Origin: Stegostoma tigrinum
Lineage: Eukaryota
NCBI RefSeq assembly: GCF_030684315.1
Contig: NC_081386.1
Span: forward strand, 6,395,914 to 6,459,913
Direction: 5' to 3'
DNA length: 64,000 nt
Of the stretch, positions 1 through 12,933 are shown piece by piece; position 1 is the stretch's first letter; each line of letters starts with the position of its first letter. A model generated the notes under the pieces. The model did no database searches and had not been told where the DNA came from. It was given only the letters and a program-made list of their open reading frames with translations. The position numbers and the translations under genes were made by a program.

Positions 1-4
1 GACG

Positions 5-100
5 TGAAATAAAAACTGATGGATAAACTCAGCAGGCCAGGCAACATCTGTAGAAAGAGAGCACAGTTAATGTTTCAAGTTCCGTAACCCTTCTTGAGAA
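5..100 (-). repeat. Degenerate family B PLE-end fragment
   Basis: aactcagcaggccaggcaacatctgtagaaagagagcacagttaatgtttc...acccttc resembles the 60293-60430 copy. Confidence 0.6.
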
Positions 101-299
101 GCAGACATACCTCCAACCCTCCAAGACAGTAGCCCACTGGATCAAAGTACCAAACTCACTCCAACCAGCAGCGAGGGAAGACTTTCGTCCCTTCACAAAC
201 TTCAGTCTCTAATCTTCCAACTGTTGTCATTTTTTCACCTTGTAATATTTAACTTGCTCTTGTCTTACTTTGAAGCAAGGTCCATTCAGTTATTTCCCC

Positions 300-720
300 C
301 ATGCTTTTTGATCAACATTGACTCCTGATTAAGCCATACGTTGATTTTCAAATTCACATTCCTGTTTTCAAATGCCTCACACCTCTTTTTGAAACATCCT
401 CCAGTCCACAACCTCTGAGATATCTATGCTTCTGAAACTCTGCCTTCTTGAGCACCCCAATTTTAGTTGCTCCACTTTTAGTGGCCATGCCTTCAGTTAC
501 TTAGGTATTAAGTTCTGGAATATCTCCTCTGCACCTTACTGTTTCAGCAATTTTCACTCTTCCCTTTCAGATGACCCACAAAACCCAACTCTTTTACTAA
601 ATATTTGGGCATCTGTCCCAGTATGTCCTCAAGTGGTTCAGTGTTCTACCTTTGTTTTATTAATCTTGTGAAGAAACCGGATATGTTATTATAGGTTCTA
701 CGTAAATGTGGGTTGTTATC
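300..720 (+). mobile_element. L2-like LINE 3' fragment
   Basis: ttgattttcaaattcacattcctgttttcaaat, ggccatgccttcagttacttagg..ttctggaat, tail gttgtt; paralogous to 7150-7755. Confidence 0.6.
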
Positions 721-2349
721 ATCCTCGGTACCTTCCCATTTTCAGAACACAAACAAACATTAAAGAAATTTGGAGATGGTTAGCTCTTATGCCTGGATCA
801 CACTCAGAGCTTAGGAAAGAACTTAAGGTTACAGGTCATCCTCGAGTACGTTTCCTATTTATTTGAACAAATGTTTGCTAATATTTTTAGATGTTAAAAT
901 GAGAAAGCAAAGTCTCCTGTATTGAATCAAGCAATAATTTTGCTTGGTGTATTAATGCAATAATCTTTTGCGAGCTCTATTCACATTAAATGATAAAAAT
1001 AATTCAAAGGGGGGGGTATTGTGTCTTGGTAATTTTTGTTATTTTGTTATCACCTATCTGTGAAAGGAAGAAACAATTTAAATTATGAAGTTTGTGGCAT
1101 TATGCTGTGAAGTGGCAGGAATTACGGTCAAGATCATGTCTCGCAACTGAACTGGGTAACTCAAGCATGACTGAATGACAAAGTGCTCCTCATCTATAGA
1201 GTAAGAAGAGAAAGATCAGCATGGAGAAACTGCAGCTGTCTCCAGCACCAGACAGGATTGTTAAAGTGACAGCAGTTTTGTTAGTGAATCAATGGATTGA
1301 GGTCAAGTACAAAGCCTCAAATAATTGGAACCACCAAGTGCAATAAAGATTAAAATATTCCGTGATATATTTTCTTGAAGCCAACCTTTCAATGTGAAAC
1401 ATACAAACAAAAATTGGGAAATCAGTGGGTGAAGCCTGTTTGCAAGATTCCCAACTGACTTGTGCAGAAATGAATTCTCCCGTAGTTGCATGGAATGTCA
1501 TGCCAGAGCAAAGCTGTGATATTTAAATTAACGTAAACAAAACATATGCAATTTCCTGTAGGTTTTTGAGTGGGACTGATTGTCCATCTACAGTGGTGTA
1601 CTGAAAAGTGAGGAAAAATTCTTAAAAGGTTAGACATGTCTTCGAGTAGGGAATTACTATAGCACTAGAGGAGGCCACTTGGCCTCTCGCTGTCTGCACT
1701 GGCTCTTGCTTTGAAACTTGTGTTTCATACTCTCATCTTTCAGTGGCAACTTCTGTTCTTTATATAATTGTTTGTCTTTATGTCAAAAGACAAAAATTAA
1801 TTTAATATCCAGCAGTCTCTGAACAACGTATTTTCTCCACCACCCTTCCTCCCCAGCTAGGATATGCAAATATTGAAACTATGCTACAGGAAAACAAATT
1901 AACACAGTTGCCTGAAATATCTTATTTTTTAAGGTGAACATTAAATCTTTAAAATAAACGCAATTTATTTTAAACTGATAAAATAATCTTCAGTACTTCT
2001 CTGTGAGTGAGAGTTACATCCCCAGGCGTGAGGGTGTGATGGGGGCTGGAGATTACTTTTGCTAAACACCACTTCTATTTAGTGAATAAATTACGACAAT
2101 GTTATTTCAATACAGAGCCCAATGTCAACAAGAAAATTCAGAGAATCAACTGTCTATGAACGAGAGAGACAAAATTATGATCAGATATTGCTTTTGACCC
2201 TAGGGGTTTTCAGCATGAGTTGGATTTATGGTTCTGTCTATTCATACAATCAGTAACTTTCAATTCCTTCAAACTCTCTCATATCATCAGTGCTGTTTGT
2301 TTAAACGAAAAGAAAGACGGGGGTCAAAACAGCCTGTTGTGATTTATTG

Positions 2350-2716
2350 TAACAAAAACAGAAATTGCTGGAAAACAGCGAGGAGGAACTGCAGATGCTG
2401 GAGAATCTGAGATAATAAAGTGTACAGTTGGATGAACACAGCAGGCCAAGCAGCATCAGAGGAGCAGGAAGGCTTACGTTTCGAGCCTAGACCCTTCTTC
2501 AGAAGTGAAGGGTCTAGACGCGAAACATCAGCCTTCCTGCTCCACTGATGCTACTTGGCCTGCTGTGTTCATCCAGCTCTACACCTTGTTAACACAATTG
2601 CTGGAAAAACTCAGCTTTTCTGAGCAAGGGTCACTCAAACTGAAAAGTTAGCTCTGATTTCTCTTCACAGATGCTGCCAGACCTGCTGAGACTTTCCAAC
2701 AATCTGTTTTTGTTTC
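2350..2716. mobile_element. Family B PLE-end fold-back element, interrupted by the family A insert
   Basis: aacaaaaacagaaattgctggaaaa ... ctgagcaagggtcactcaaactgaaa ... cagatgctgccagacctgctgag...ctgtttttgtttc. Confidence 0.7.
2376..2595. mobile_element. Short fold-back PLE-end element (family A) nested in a family B element
   Basis: Arms ggatgaacacagcaggccaag...tagacccttc and gaagggtctaga...cttggcctgctgtgttcatcc. 13-bp duplication aattgctggaaaa at 2363-2375 and 2596-2608. Confidence 0.82.
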
Positions 2717-4764
2717 TTGTCATCATCTTAAACTGGCTGACTGACCAATGGAGATAACCCACCAGTTTCCCTTCATGGGCAAATCCAAAACCGAGGCCAG
2801 ACATGTAAGATAGTCATTAAAGCAATAAACAATTCAACAGAAATGTCTTTACTCAGACAGCAGCATGGTTGAAAGAAAGAAAGAAATAGCAGGATATGCT
2901 AAGAGGTTAGCTGAAGTAAGGTGAGGGGAGCCTAGAGTAGATCATAAATACTGGCTCAGAGTCACATTAGGCTGAATGGTTTGCTTTGTTGTTGTGAATT
3001 TCTAATAATCAGATCATCCTTCAACTCATTCAATCCCAGTGATAAGAAATTTGGAACTTCTCAGTTTTCTCTTCAAAGCTATAACCCATCTATGCTGGTA
3101 ACTTCCAGTGTAAATTACAGGGCTGGTCTCTAACCATGTTGCCAAACTTACAAAATATACACCAGAAATTACTTCGAATATCAACATTTCTCAGATTTTT
3201 CATTTTCATAATTTGAGGGTAAAAAGAAAAAGTGCATTAAATGAGCTTTGCAAAGTTAAACATAAGCTGCTTTGTTCACTAAATCCTTTGATACAAGTAT
3301 CCCTTCAACAACTAAGAAAAAAGTTAACCACACTAACAGGAAATCTCAATGACTTCTGTAGAATATAAAACCACTTTTGCAGGAGACAATTATGACAAGA
3401 TTACTTTTCTTATATTAACTTTAGCCTTCAAGCCACTGGACTGGAATGCCACTTTGGATTTATGCTGCTAACAGCATGACCCAACACTCACGCAGCAGTC
3501 AAAAATCATAATTACTGTACCAGCACAGGCAAGCCCTTACACCTGGTCGGGAATGTAAGTTAGTGAGATGCCTAATTTAGAGAACACAGATGGCAGTGAA
3601 ACCAAAGGCAAGATTCACTGTAAAACAAAACCCTTTTCTGCTCAGAGAACTCAGGGCAATGCCGGAGGGGCATGTGTTACTGTACATCTGCTTCTGCTTA
3701 GCAATACTGAATTGTGAAAGCATAGCAAGACTGAAAAAAAAAGCATTTATCCTGCCAGTCAAGGTCTCTGCTCTCCAAGATGAATTATTTCCATGCGATG
3801 GTTCAGCTGTTGTTTTGGTCTCTCTTCATTTATCCTCTCCTGAAGGTGGTGGATCTGGACACCCGCAATCCTCAGCATATTGCTCATGTTATCCATTCTT
3901 CATGAGAGCACAGGGTTAAAGTATTGGTTAGTAGAGCAGATATGGGTGCCTTTACACTCCAACAACCCTTGTGCTTAGTCAAGGTCCATAAAACGCACAA
4001 TTTTCAGTGCAGGTCAATGGCAAGTGACCAGTACTGTAGTAAGAACCTAGTTGATTTGGCACAAATTATTGACAGTCAGTGGCATTCCATCTGCTGCTTT
4101 GGTTGAAGACAGCAAGCTAACCATAGTCCAGGAGTCAAACTTTCGACCCCCTAGCTTATGTGGCCAAGTCCTACGACATGGCACGCATCTAACTCGATGT
4201 ACTGCTTTAGTAAGACTTGGTCCTGAATCCTCACATGGATTTATTGAACAAACGCAAACAAATACCCTTTATGATAAGACGGCCCAGGTGAAATACATGC
4301 ATGATTGAGGTTTATTTCAATCAGTCGGCCCCTCAGCTCCTGAAATTGCAAGCTTACTTCTAGATTTTATTTTAATAGTTATTACGTTTAGAAGTACACG
4401 AATAAGAAATGTACCGGGGTTGGGGGACAGGGGTGGTGTTGTGGTGAGGAACATGGTCCAAGCACAAGCAGGTTTGGAATTATGGTCAGAAAAGGCTGGT
4501 TGAACTGAAGGGTCAGTTTCCATGTTGTATGACTCGATGTCTTAAATTTTTGAATTTTATTAATTTTATTTCATTGTTTCTAGCTAAACCCTCAGTCATA
4601 TACCTCACATGGTGCTTCAGTTGCACCGATAGGTAAAATATTATGGCGTGCTTAAAGTAATGCACAAATTACTGCACCCACTACCCATTTCATTGTCTTT
4701 GACAAAATAATGTCTTTCGACATTTTGATTTAAAATTTAACTGAACAGATCTCTTACATCTGTG

Positions 4765-4975
4765 CAGGTAGTTCAGCTATAACGCATGTTTCATTACTGC
4801 AAATTGGCTGTAACATGGTTGATGAATAGTGGATACTATTTGGATAACACAAACTTCCTGCTCTACCGGTATAGTGATTTTCTACAGCGATCTCACTATA
4901 ACCCAACTTGCTATGATGATTTTCTCTGGAGCGAGGTCACACAAGAACGCAACTATCACATTATAGAACTACCTG
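4765..4975. mobile_element. Tc1/mariner (Tigger-like) MITE
   Basis: TIRs caggtagttc..ctataa and ttatagaactacctg; TA on the right flank, TG on the left; internal gcgattttctatagc-like subrepeats. Confidence 0.7.
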
Positions 4976-5298
4976 TAGTTGCATAATCACACTTCTGTGT
5001 CAAATCTTTTGATTAGAAATTTCAATTTTGACGTTGATAATGAAAGCTGTTTTTGTGAATGTATAATGTTGCAATTATTGCATCTTGCTAAAAGGGACAT
5101 AGCGACTCCTCAGCTTTGCACCTTCCAACTCCTTGTCCTGCTCTGCAAACAACTTCTACCAACTCTAAGTTGCCATAAGATTTGCTAACTGCAAAAAGAT
5201 CACACAGGAATGACAAACTCAATGACTCTAAACTTCCTGAAGGCTCCATTTTGAATACCCTGAACCAACAAGTTAAACTTGGCATAGTCTTTGTACAG

Positions 5299-5390
5299 GA
5301 TAATAAAGTGTGAAGCTGGATGAACACAGCAGGCCAAGCAGCATCTCAGGAACACAAAAGCTGACATTTCGGGCCCAGACCCTTCATCAG
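5299..5390 (-). mobile_element. 92-bp single-arm PLE-end insertion beginning at a hammerhead core
   Basis: 13-bp TSD agtctttgtacag at 5286-5298 and 5391-5403. Minus strand starts CTGATGAAGGGTCTGGGCCCGAAATGTC. Confidence 0.85.
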
Positions 5391-7149
5391 AGTCTTTGTA
5401 CAGTCTCATTCAATCAAGTCAAATTTGTTTACTTCCAACCGTTCGATGACAACATTTTAAGCCCCAAATTCTTACTTTGGTACACTGTTTATGTTGCTGG
5501 ATTCAAATAATTAGACACTTTATTTTTTAAATATTATCTGATTTACTACAGAATGTAACAAATAGTATACAATTGTTGTGCTAAATCATACCGTATTCAA
5601 TTTTAGTTTTTATGCTCATTATAAAGGCAAAACAAACTCAACTTAAATGGTTTGTAAGTTCGGATTTCGAGTTTGAGATTTGTTACAGTAGGCAACATGC
5701 CAAGAACCAACTGCAGTTGCATCTTATCATTGAAAGTGATGATTTAGCAGCCTATCAACAATCAAATTAGACTTCAGGTTGTAGTCACAAATGCCCAGTC
5801 AGTTTTATTACCACTGGATGTGGCATTGTTGGCAAGGCATTTATTGCCCTTCAGTAGCAGTTTGCTGCTTGCCTGGTCACTTCAGGTAAGAGTCAGCAGC
5901 CAGTCATATCAATGCAGGAGGACAGACATAAACAAGATCAGACAAGGTTGTGAATTTTAGTTCCTTAAAAAAGCATGAGTGAAACATTTGGATCCTTGCA
6001 ACAATCTGACAACTTTATTGTCACTTGTAGCAACTTCTTATTCCCGCATTTATTTACAAACTGGAATCAAGAGATGTGCATTAATTTAGTCCATGTATCT
6101 GGATTACTAGGCTGAGAACAGCCATTTAACTATCACAAAATTACAAAGGAGCATTAAATAAAATGAATAAGGAAAGAACCTGTCATCTGGTTTGGAAAGT
6201 CATTAACAAGAAGCCTGTCACCAAGAGATTAGGAATAAGGTCAGGACCACCACTAGCACGGCCACTATTTTCCCTGAATGCTGAAGAGGTGATTTGCAAA
6301 ACTGAACAATGAAGACGAGATTGATGAGGCAGTGGGTAGCCTTGCAGGTCACTGATACTCCATTCAAGAGGGCACTCATTTAAAATGTGCTGTGTCATGC
6401 AATGTTCAAAAGTAGTTTAATGTGAATGGTTATTACCTGGATATACTGAAGCGTAAAGATTATATTGTGGTTTTGTGATCAGACGTTTGCCTAAGATATT
6501 ATCTCTCAATTCCTTCTAGCATTTCTCTAATTTGAACAAAGACATAATGACAGCATTAGCCACAGTCCTGAAAGGCACACCAAAAGAAGGTGTTGGAGAC
6601 ATTGTGCATCAGGTTAGCTATGACCTAATTCTTCTACTCAAGAGCTACGTACACCTGTCTCTCTAGGTTTTGGGTACAGGGTATTTTTTATTTTCAAATC
6701 AACCTGCTCAGAGATGTTTTTACACACCTCGGCAGCAGGTGGGGTCTTTTACTTGGACCGCTGAGATCAGAGGCAGGGACTCTAACACGGTGTCACAAGA
6801 GCTCTGGGTAGTGGGTATATGTTTACCTAGAGATGTATGTCACCTGCCCCACACTGTGGACGTGAAACATTTAATAGCTGCATTCATCAGCCCAGTGTGG
6901 AGCATATAAACCAGACCTCTAGGGCTGAATGGTCAGTTTTGGTGCATTAAAATTCAATGCAGGCAGGATGCTTGATGTGTTTACAATCAACATGCTCACG
7001 TTTGTAACTTTTCAGACAGGACAAGTCCTTGGCTTTACATATCTTCCAGATGAGATTTAAAATTCAACTTTCTGACGAACTTTTTAACTAAGTCCTCAGC
7101 ATAGGACTCAACAGTGACTGATTTATTGCAAAGGGGAACATTTTGTAGC

Positions 7150-7755
7150 TCCTTGATGAATCCTTGTAACCATGCATCTTTGAAATACTGCAGTGGAGTT
7201 TCTGGTTTGGATCTATGTCCTTGCTATCTCCACACCCGAGTGCTCCAATCCACTCCTGACTACTCTTCAATAAACGCAAAGTCCTCCAGAATTCAACCAT
7301 CCATGACTCAATTCACTCCACGTCCCAGTCATCTATCTCCAAATCACTGACTTACACTGGATCCCAGACAAGAGATACTTTGATTTTTAAAATTGAAACT
7401 CTTCCATGTTCTCCCATCTTAGCCACCACTTCCGTTCAGCCCACTAGCTTCACATGTCTTTATTCTTCTAATCCCAGCCTCTTAACCAGCCCAATTTTAA
7501 TCAGTCCCCCATTGATGGTTCTGCCATCAGTTTCTTAGCCTCAACTCTTGGAATATCCTTCTGCGCTCCCTCCTCCCCGCCTCTTTACTTCTCTTTCTTA
7601 CTTTGAGACACTTTGTATGACGTACCTCTTTGACAAAGCTTTTAGTCATCTGACCTAATATCATCATATGTGGCTTGGTGCCATGTTTTATTCTGTGACA
7701 CACTTGGAATAATTTAGGATAATATAGGCATGATGGAAATAAAATGTGTTGTTGT
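7150..7755 (+). mobile_element. L2-like LINE 3' fragment
   Basis: cctgactactcttcaa, cacttacactggatccc, ttgatttttaaaatt, cctctttgacaaagcttttagtcatctg, tail tgttgttg. Confidence 0.6.
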
Positions 7756-8035
7756 GAAAGTATTCTGCCATTATTCTCAAGTGAATTGAAGGATTTGAAA
7801 AAATCGTACTCCCTAAACCTTTTGGAGGGCTTTTCATGGGACTGGGGAGCATCACATCTTAAGGCAACTTTAGATCAAGATTTTAAGTAGATACAGTGTT
7901 ATGGGAGAGTGTAGGCCAGTGTGATTTGGATTTGGATTGCTAGCACAGAGTCACCAGAACAAGATAGACTGAACAGCCTCCTTTTGTGCTAGAGAATTCT
8001 ATGTTTCAAATGTAATTGCACTCCAAACATTACAG

Positions 8036-8185
8036 CCCAGAAATTCCAAAACTTAATTTGTCAGCCTGATCAAAGCTGAATGAAAAACTCCTGTATCTTT
8101 TGATTAGTGCTACCCTGGAATTTCCTGGACAGGAGACTCAAGATGTGAAACTGTGGAGACTTATCTGAACTTTGGAATTTCTGGG
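8036..8185. repeat. 150-bp element bounded by a perfect 15-bp inverted repeat (MITE-like)
   Basis: cccagaaattccaaa (8036-8050) and tttggaatttctggg (8171-8185). Confidence 0.6.
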
Positions 8186-10170
8186 ACAATATCCATTTTG
8201 CTCTGCCCAGTGTTTGAGACTTCTGTACTTATTAACTTTAACAAAGTTCAGCAGCTTTAATGTATTATTTCCACAGTATCTATTTTATGTATAAGCTAAC
8301 TCACAGCCATTACTTAAGCACTTGGAATGCAATATATACATATATTATATATACAGATATGCATGTGTAAAATGACACTTTTTAAAAAACTTCAATAGCA
8401 GTGTAACTACTGAAAGGTTTTTGGGTGAGCTAAACTTATAAAAACACTTATTCATCACTTTACAAACGAAAGCAAAGACAGGAGATGACAGCACTGCATG
8501 TAAAGAAATAGGCAGGGTAACTTTTCAGATTCTCTCATCAGATCTGCTGTGTACTTTCAACATTTTGCCTTTTATTTCAGTTGTTACAAATCCATCTGCC
8601 TCAAGGACATATTTGGTTCACAGCTACAACAAATGGGAATGACTATGCTGCTGTGTCTGAACACGAAGCTCAGCAAGGTTAGCAATTTGGTAAAGCTCAA
8701 GCTGCCCTCAAATGCATTCTTTTTAATGCTGACCTTAGTGGAAATTGCAGAACTCACTTTACACTGTAATAAGAAGCCAGCCAGTGATGTCCATATGTTC
8801 AGAAAACTATTTTGTGTGATGTGAGTTTTTCAAGGAAAAGCCATTATTCAAGAGATTGAATTACATGAAATATAATGTCACATCTTTTCTTAGCATCCAC
8901 TACTGGCAGAGGCTTTATGGGTTGCTTTAATTTAAGATTGTGAGAAAACACCACATCTGGCAAGAAACTAATGTGAAAAACTGTGTGCCCTGTTGATTTT
9001 TTTTAAAGGAAATGAATATTAGAATTTAAAATGACATTGCAGGACATCAACATGTGATCACTAAACTTCGCCTGAGCAGTTGGGAGAGAAAACACCATGA
9101 GTGAAAGACAGACCGGTGAGTTGCTTTTTGGGAATTTGGAGCGCTGTGGGAATTCAGTACACAGGGAAAGAGGCCAGTTGTGCTTTTGTTTTGGTACATA
9201 GTTTGTAATGCCCTTCTTGATGGGTGATAATTTGTACGACTATATTTTTTGGCTTCAGTTGGCTTCAAGATGGGAGTCCTAGCTTAACAGAGCAGCTTCA
9301 GGGCTCTGCTGAATGAGAAAACAAATCAAACAGTGACATTACAGGAAAATGGCGCATTGACTGATTTAGGATATTAAAAAGCGTATCTTTTCTGAAGAGG
9401 AGAAATAACAGGCATAAGTGACCTTCAGATTGAACGACCATCAGTCGTCTGTCTCTCTAATGACAGAGCAGCCCTGTGGTCTGGTGACTTTACCTTTTTA
9501 TAATAAAAGAGTGTCAGGGAATTAAATTAATAGCATCCTAACATAAGAATAACTTTTTTTTAAAATAAGGATGTAACTAAAAGACGTCAAGAAAGTCATG
9601 GCAGCAGAGCTCACATCTGTGATATACAGGAAATCATGGAAACTGCAGTTGCCTTGGTAACCATGTGTGCAGGAAGTGTATCAGCTGCAGCCATTGGCTA
9701 AGTGCATTTCAGAGCTGCAGCTGTAGGTGAATTCAGTGTGGATCATCACCAATACTGAGCATGTCATGGATAGCACGTTCAATCAGGCCCACAGGTGAAA
9801 ACTGAACAGGCTAAAAGGGCAAGGGTGACGACCAGGTCTGTAGAAGAGGATAGGCAGCACACGAGTCTCCTGTGGGGACCCTTCTTCTTAACAGATATAC
9901 CATTTTAGATACTGTTGGGGATGGGAAAGCAGTGACATCAAACTTCATGGCCTCGGGTGGGTCAGCTGAACAAGAGTAGGAAGGAAGAAGGCAGGGCTAT
10001 GGTGACAGTAGTTTGAAATAAAGAGGAACAGATGGTCATTTCTGCAACTGCAAGAGAGATTCCAGGATGGTGTGGTGCCTTCCTAGTGCCAGGGTCAAGA
10101 ATGTTAGAGAATGGCTGGAAGGCATTGTGAAGGAATGGGGGTTGGGGGAAAACAGACAAAGATCGTGGTA

Positions 10171-10240
10171 CATATTGGCACCAAACAAACTATATTGGTA
10201 CCAAAGAAACCATATTGGTACCAAAGAAACCATATTGGTA
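10171..10240. repeat. 20-bp tandem repeat (about 3.5 units) inside CR1 ORF1
   Basis: catattggcaccaaacaaac / tatattggtaccaaagaaac / catattggtaccaaagaaac / catattggta. Confidence 0.9.
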
Positions 10241-12622
10241 GAAAAAAGGATGATATCCTAAAGCAGAATTTCAGGAGTTAAGAAGCAGATTAATGAATAG
10301 GAATTGGATCAGCATCTTTGTGTGAAGGTTTGCTAGTGCTGTTTGGGAGGGGTTAAGCTAACTTGGTGAGGTTGGTGAAGGACGGTATCCAGATAGAACG
10401 TTCAGCAGGGGAAGATGAATGGCCAAAATGAGAAGAAACAGCAAGTGAGTCAGGAAAGCATGGACACTGCAGGCCAGTTAAGGCACAAGGAAGTTTGGCA
10501 AGGTTGGATGGCATTTGTTTTATTGCAAGGAATCTGGTGAACAAGGCAGACGAGCTGATAATACAAATTAACTCATGGTAGAATGATGTCATTGCTGTCA
10601 CTAACATTGACACTGTCACTGAGAGAAGGACAGGATTGGTTGCTCAATATTCCAGGATAAAGAATCTTCAGGAGAGGAAGGGAAGGAGTAAAAGTCGGGG
10701 TGGGAGTGTCACAATATTGATTGGGGGATCAATTATAGCAGTAAGGAGGGATGATATCCTAGAAGGCTCCTCAAATGAAGTTAAGTGGGTAGAAATTAAT
10801 AGCCAAAAAGGAGCAATTGCATTGCTGAGAGTGTACCACAAGTCCCCTAACAGTCTAAGAGAAATAGAGGAGCAGATACATGGGTAAATTTCAAAGACTG
10901 TAGAAGTGATAGGGTTGTGATAGTACGAGATTGTTCAATTCCGCAATATTAACTAGGGATAGTCATAGTTGGAAAGGTTTAGAGGGATTGGAATTCTCAA
11001 AATGCATCCAGGTGAGCTTTTTAAGCCAGTACATAGAAGGCCTCAACTTTAGGTATTGAAGCTGGGCAAGTGGTTGAAGTATCAGTTGGAGAGGACAGCA
11101 GTCATAACTTTGTTAGATTCAAGTTTGACATGGAAAAGGAGAAGGATGTGCCAGAAATCAATGTTCTAAAGCTGAGGGAAGGTTGGTTTTAATAAAATCA
11201 GGTACTATATGACCAGAGTAAACTGGGAGCGAATACTTCTAGGTATATTTATATCAGAACAGTGGGACACATTCAAGAAGAAAATAGGGAGAGTCCGGGG
11301 CCAGTATGTTCCAATAAAGATAAAGGGTGGAAGCAACAGTGAATCCTAGATATAATGAATATACAGGATTGGATAAACAGAAAAAGGGAGATTTACGGCA
11401 GTAACTGAGGCCCTACAGGAATGGGAAAACTTTAAAAAGGAAATAAAGACAGCAAAAAGGGGCATTAAAGAATAATCTGTAGGCAAAATGAACAAAAACC
11501 TGAAATTATTTTACGAGTACATTATGAGTAAAAGGACAACTCATGTTACAGTAATGCCATTAAGGACTACAACATGCATTTGTGCATGGTGACAGAGGGT
11601 TGTAAATGAATATTTTGTGATGTTCACTAGGGAGGGGTATGATGTGGGTTTAGAAATCAGGGAGAAGGACTGTGATATCCTTAAAGAGGTTAGCATCAAC
11701 AGACAGGAGGATCTAAGGGGTTTGGCATGCTTAAAAGCAGATAAATATGCAGGGCTGGATGAAATGCATCCCAGGCTGTTGAGTGAGGCAAGGAAGGAAA
11801 CAGCACGTGTGATGGTAGTAATTTTCAATTCCTCTCTGGCCAAAGGAGCGGTATCAGAGGACTGGAGGGTAGCCAATGTGGTATTCAAGAAGAGAGCAGG
11901 CAGTAAATGAGGAAACCACATGCCAGTTAGTCGAGCATCAGTGGTGGGAAAACAATTGTAAGCGATATTGAGAAAGAGAATTAATTTGTAATTGGATGGG
12001 CTTTGTTAAGGGGAAGTCATGAATGACTAATTTGATTGAAATTTTTGTAGAGGTGACCAGGTACGTAGAGGAGGGCAATGCTTTTGATGTAACCTATGTG
12101 AACTTTAGCAAGGATGTTGATAAGGTCCCACATGGGAGACTAATAGCCAAGGTAATAGCCCATGGGATCCAAGGACATTTGGCAAACCGGATCCACGACT
12201 GGCCGAGTGGCAGGAGCAGAGGGTGATGGTGGAGGGGTGTTTTTGTGACTGTAAGCCTGGTTGCAGTGGGGTCGCACAGAGAAGAGTGTTGGAGCCCTTG
12301 CTGTTTGTAGTTTACAAAAATGATTTAGACTTGAATGTAGGAGGGTTGTTCAGCAAGTTTATGGATGATTAAAAAACAATTGATGGGGTTGTTAAGTAGT
12401 GAGGGCGAAGGCCACAGATTATCGGAGGAAATAGACAGGCTGATCAGTGGCAAATGGAATTCAATCTGGGTAAATGTACTTGGGCAGGACAAACAAAGCA
12501 AAGGAATACAGAATGAACAGCAGGTTCCTGGGAAGTACAGACGATCTGATAGACATTGGTGTGTGTGTACACTGGTCCCTTTAGGTACCAGCACAGGTAG
12601 ACAAGTGGTGAAGACATATGAC

Positions 12623-12933
12623 TAGATTAGATTCCCTACAGTGAGGAAACAGGCCCTTTGGACCAACAAGTCCACACCGCCACTTGGAGCATCCCACCCA
12701 GACCCATCCCCCTATAACCCACACAGCCCTGAACATTACGGGCAATTTAGCATGGCCAATCCACCTAACCTGCACATCTTTGGACTGTGGGAGGAAACCG
12801 AAACACCCAGAAGAAACCCACGCAGACACAGGGAGAATGCGCAAACTCCACACAGACAGTCGCCGAGGCTGGAATCAAACCCAGGTCCCTGGCGCTGTGA
12901 GGCTGCAGTGCTAACCGCTGAGCCACTGTGCCG
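12623..12933 (-). mobile_element. HE1-type tRNA-derived V-SINE
   Basis: Minus strand: A box (GTGGCTCAGCGGTTAG), B box (GGTTTGATTCC), V-domain tgtgtggagtttgc..ctgcgtgggttt..tcccacagtccaaagatgtgcaggttagg, CR1-like tail (aatct)n. Confidence 0.9.

Noticed and set aside
3590-3919. 109-aa ORF in unique sequence
   Set aside because: No recognisable homology or exon evidence; length is compatible with chance.
6183-6398. MTQHILNECPL resembling the C-terminal HxxxxC knuckle of some non-LTR elements
   Set aside because: Single short motif with no supporting upstream cysteines or RT sequence.
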